The notes under the pieces are model-generated. The model saw nothing but the letters and a program-made list of their open reading frames with translations. It did not search any database and was not told the origin of the DNA. 64,000 bases of DNA from Candidatus Bathyarchaeota archaeon (GTDB lineage: Archaea; Thermoproteota; Bathyarchaeia; 40CM-2-53-6), in contig CAVTBR010000001.1 of the NCBI GenBank assembly GCA_963733055.1, positions 1,312,001 to 1,376,000 of the forward strand, read 5' to 3'. Position 1 is the first letter of the stretch. The number at the start of each line of letters is the position of its first letter. Of this stretch, positions 61,901-64,000 are shown piece by piece. Made by a program: the position numbers and the translations under genes.

Positions 61901-62959
61901 TCACGGGCGGGCTTCGAAGATTCTGTTGAAGGGTGTCTGAGTTGCTCTCCTAAACCGTTTGAATCCTCCAAGCGAAGCTATCTCTTGCATTTTCGAATCG
62001 CTTCCTTGGGCACCTACTGCAAGCCCGACTTCCTGCGCTAGGGACGAGGGGACGCAGACTAACGACGACGCGTTGTAGAATATGCGGCCAACAGGGTTGA
62101 GATTCTCCTCTACGCGCTCATTTGCATAGGGCTCAACGATCATCCACGTCCCATCCGGCTTAAGCGAGTCATGAACATGCTTTGCCGCGCCTACAGGGTC
62201 GCCCATATCGTGAAGGCAATCGAAGAAGGTGACGAGGTCGAAGTCCTTCCCTGGATATTGCTTAGCAAGCGCTACTTCGAAAGTTGTGTTGCCTGATACG
62301 CCTTCGGTGACTGCCACGTTCTTAGCCCACTCGATCGATTCCAAATGGTAATCGTACCCTATGAACCGCGATTTGGGAAACGCCTTTGCCATTATGGCCG
62401 TAGATGAGCCGTATCCGCATCCGACGTCTGCGACACGAGCCCCAACCTTCAGTTTCTCAACAACGCCGTCAAGGCTTGGGAGCCACGAACTAACCAGGTT
62501 GGCAAGGTAGCCGGGACGGAAGAATTTCTGGGTGCCAAGGAACAGGTCATTATGATGTTCATGCCAACCAAACCCTTTCCCTGTACGGAACACGTCGGCG
62601 AGTTTCCCGCGATCCTTGTAGACTGAGGAGACTATGTAGAAGGCTCCTGGGATGTAGACTGGGCTGTCCTCATTGGCGAGGGTAAATGTCTGCTCGGGAG
62701 TCATCACGTACTTTCCAGTTGCCGAATCATAGTTAACGTAGCCCCCTGCAGCTTGACCGGCTAGCCATTCGCGCACGTAACGCTCAGATGTGCCTGTCTT
62801 CTTCGCAAGTTCCTCGGGTGTCAACGGGCCGTTGGCTGATAGCGCTTTGTAGAGGCCCAGCTGTTCTCCGATTAGTATTGCGGGTCCCTGCATTGACGCG
62901 CCTAATTCCGTCACGAACTTTCCTATAATTTCATTCAACTTATCCTGATTGACACTCAA
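61901..62959 (-). CDS. SAM methyltransferase with N-terminal winged helix (Rv2258c-like)
   Basis: ERYVREWL, VADVGCGYG, FDCLHDMGDP. Confidence 0.9.
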   Translation of the reverse strand: MSVNQDKLNEIIGKFVTELGASMQGPAILIGEQLGLYKALSANGPLTPEELAKKTGTSERYVREWLAGQAAGGYVNYDSATGKYVMTPEQTFTLANEDSPVYIPGAFYIVSSVYKDRGKLADVFRTGKGFGWHEHHNDLFLGTQKFFRPGYLANLVSSWLPSLDGVVEKLKVGARVADVGCGYGSSTAIMAKAFPKSRFIGYDYHLESIEWAKNVAVTEGVSGNTTFEVALAKQYPGKDFDLVTFFDCLHDMGDPVGAAKHVHDSLKPDGTWMIVEPYANERVEENLNPVGRIFYNASSLVCVPSSLAQEVGLAVGAQGSDSKMQEIASLGGFKRFRRATQTPFNRIFEARP

Positions 62960-63070
62960 AAGCTCCACATAACGTCGAATTGTGCGAAGAAAAATTAAGG
63001 TTTTCTTATCCTTTGGGCGTATTCTCCATGTGTCACACACCTGTCAGACACCCTGTTTTCTAGCGTCCGT

Positions 63071-63121
63071 GTACTCGCTGGTGAGTACGTTTTCCGGAAG
63101 GTACTCGCCCGTGAGTACGTT
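63071..63121. promoter_or_regulatory. Tandem palindromic operator pair GTACTC-N6-GAGTAC
   Basis: 63071-63088 GTACTCGCTGGTGAGTAC and 63101-63118 GTACTCGCCCGTGAGTAC, 30 bp apart. Confidence 0.75.
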
Positions 63122-63208
63122 AGCTGGCGTGCGCTTGCAATCGTGTTTCTCCGACGTAGGGAAACCGCGAGACTCAAGGAGAGCGGTAGGTCGCAAGGTC
63201 TTTCGTGT

Positions 63209-63613
63209 CTACATGCCAAAGAGTAAGTAGTTGAGGGAGAAGGCGCCGGCTCCAAGAGCCGCTAAGGCTAGGGATGCGACTAGGAGGATGACGTCTACTT
63301 CGTAGCCGCCAACGAACTTCTTCTTCATCTTGACCTTTGAAAGCCAAGTTGTGGAGAGCATCCAGAGCGCGAATAGGACGGCGATGATTTGCGTAAATAT
63401 TCCTAGCACTAGGGCTATGCCGCCGAAGAACTCAACCACCCCACCGAACAGTATGAAGCCGGCTGGCAAACCCAGACTCTTCATCCACTCCCCGCCCTGC
63501 TTCCTTTGCGTGGCACTGAATTTCGGATATCCATGAATTATGAATACGGCGCCGATTATCAGCCTCAGGAGTAGCGCTGCGACGCTTACGTGAACCCCGA
63601 ACAAACTCATCAT
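63209..63613 (-). CDS. DoxX family membrane protein
   Basis: LLLRL..G..FIIHG.PK, EFFGG..L.LG, GYE, GAGAFSL. Confidence 0.9.
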   Translation of the reverse strand: MMSLFGVHVSVAALLLRLIIGAVFIIHGYPKFSATQRKQGGEWMKSLGLPAGFILFGGVVEFFGGIALVLGIFTQIIAVLFALWMLSTTWLSKVKMKKKFVGGYEVDVILLVASLALAALGAGAFSLNYLLFGM

Positions 63614-63630
63614 TTCTTATCCTCACCGAG

Positions 63631-63984
63631 CTAATTGGGTCCTTCCAGAAAGACGGAATCGCCCTTGATCCCTACCTTGTACGTTTTCAATGGTTCTACT
63701 TGAATCTCGGAAATTATATCCGCGGTATTCTTCATCATCGCGAGCATTTCCTGGGGCAGTTTTTGCATCACTTCCGGTGGCATGGTCATTTGGGGGCCCG
63801 AGAGATTCTTTCCGGTTGTAACATCGAATTTTGCGTGGTGGAGGGGACAGGTGACCTCCTTTCCTTGAAGTGTACCTCTGGCTAGGCTTGCGCTCGAATG
63901 GCCGCATCTATTCGACGTAGCGTAGACCTTTCCGTCAACGTTCGAAAGCAGAATGTCCTGATCATACGCTCTGACTCGTTTCAT
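63631..63984 (-). CDS. Rieske (2Fe-2S) ferredoxin (start may lie upstream)
   Basis: CGH...CPLH motif; FDVTTG. Confidence 0.9.
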   Translation of the reverse strand: MKRVRAYDQDILLSNVDGKVYATSNRCGHSSASLARGTLQGKEVTCPLHHAKFDVTTGKNLSGPQMTMPPEVMQKLPQEMLAMMKNTADIISEIQVEPLKTYKVGIKGDSVFLEGPN

Positions 63985-64000
63985 ACTGCCCGGCGGTATT

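Overview
64-kb archaeal chromosomal segment; gene content suggests TACK, most plausibly Bathyarchaeia-like (inference from split glutamate synthase, CDC48, JAMM, heteromeric-type EndA, a short histone-fold protein, PEF-CTERM surface proteins and BHB-intron tRNAs). Main signals: (1) all six tRNA genes are interrupted, with 16 introns in total; tRNA-Tyr has four introns and tRNA-Asp has a strict BHB intron in the 3' acceptor strand (68/69). (2) An integrase-less 2.3-kb glycosyltransferase cassette at the 3' end of tRNA-Leu is bounded by a direct att-like repeat plus nested inverted tRNA-end-like repeats. (3) A 15-kb accessory region after tRNA-Lys ends in a degenerate copy of a tRNA 3' end that now codes for the tail of an EVE protein. 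(4) An unannotated 43-aa signal-peptide micro-ORF lies directly upstream of a tandem Lrp/AsnC-type regulator, a candidate peptide-signalling pair. Several small ORFs missing from the ORF track were found by hand. Four single-base anomalies may be assembly errors.
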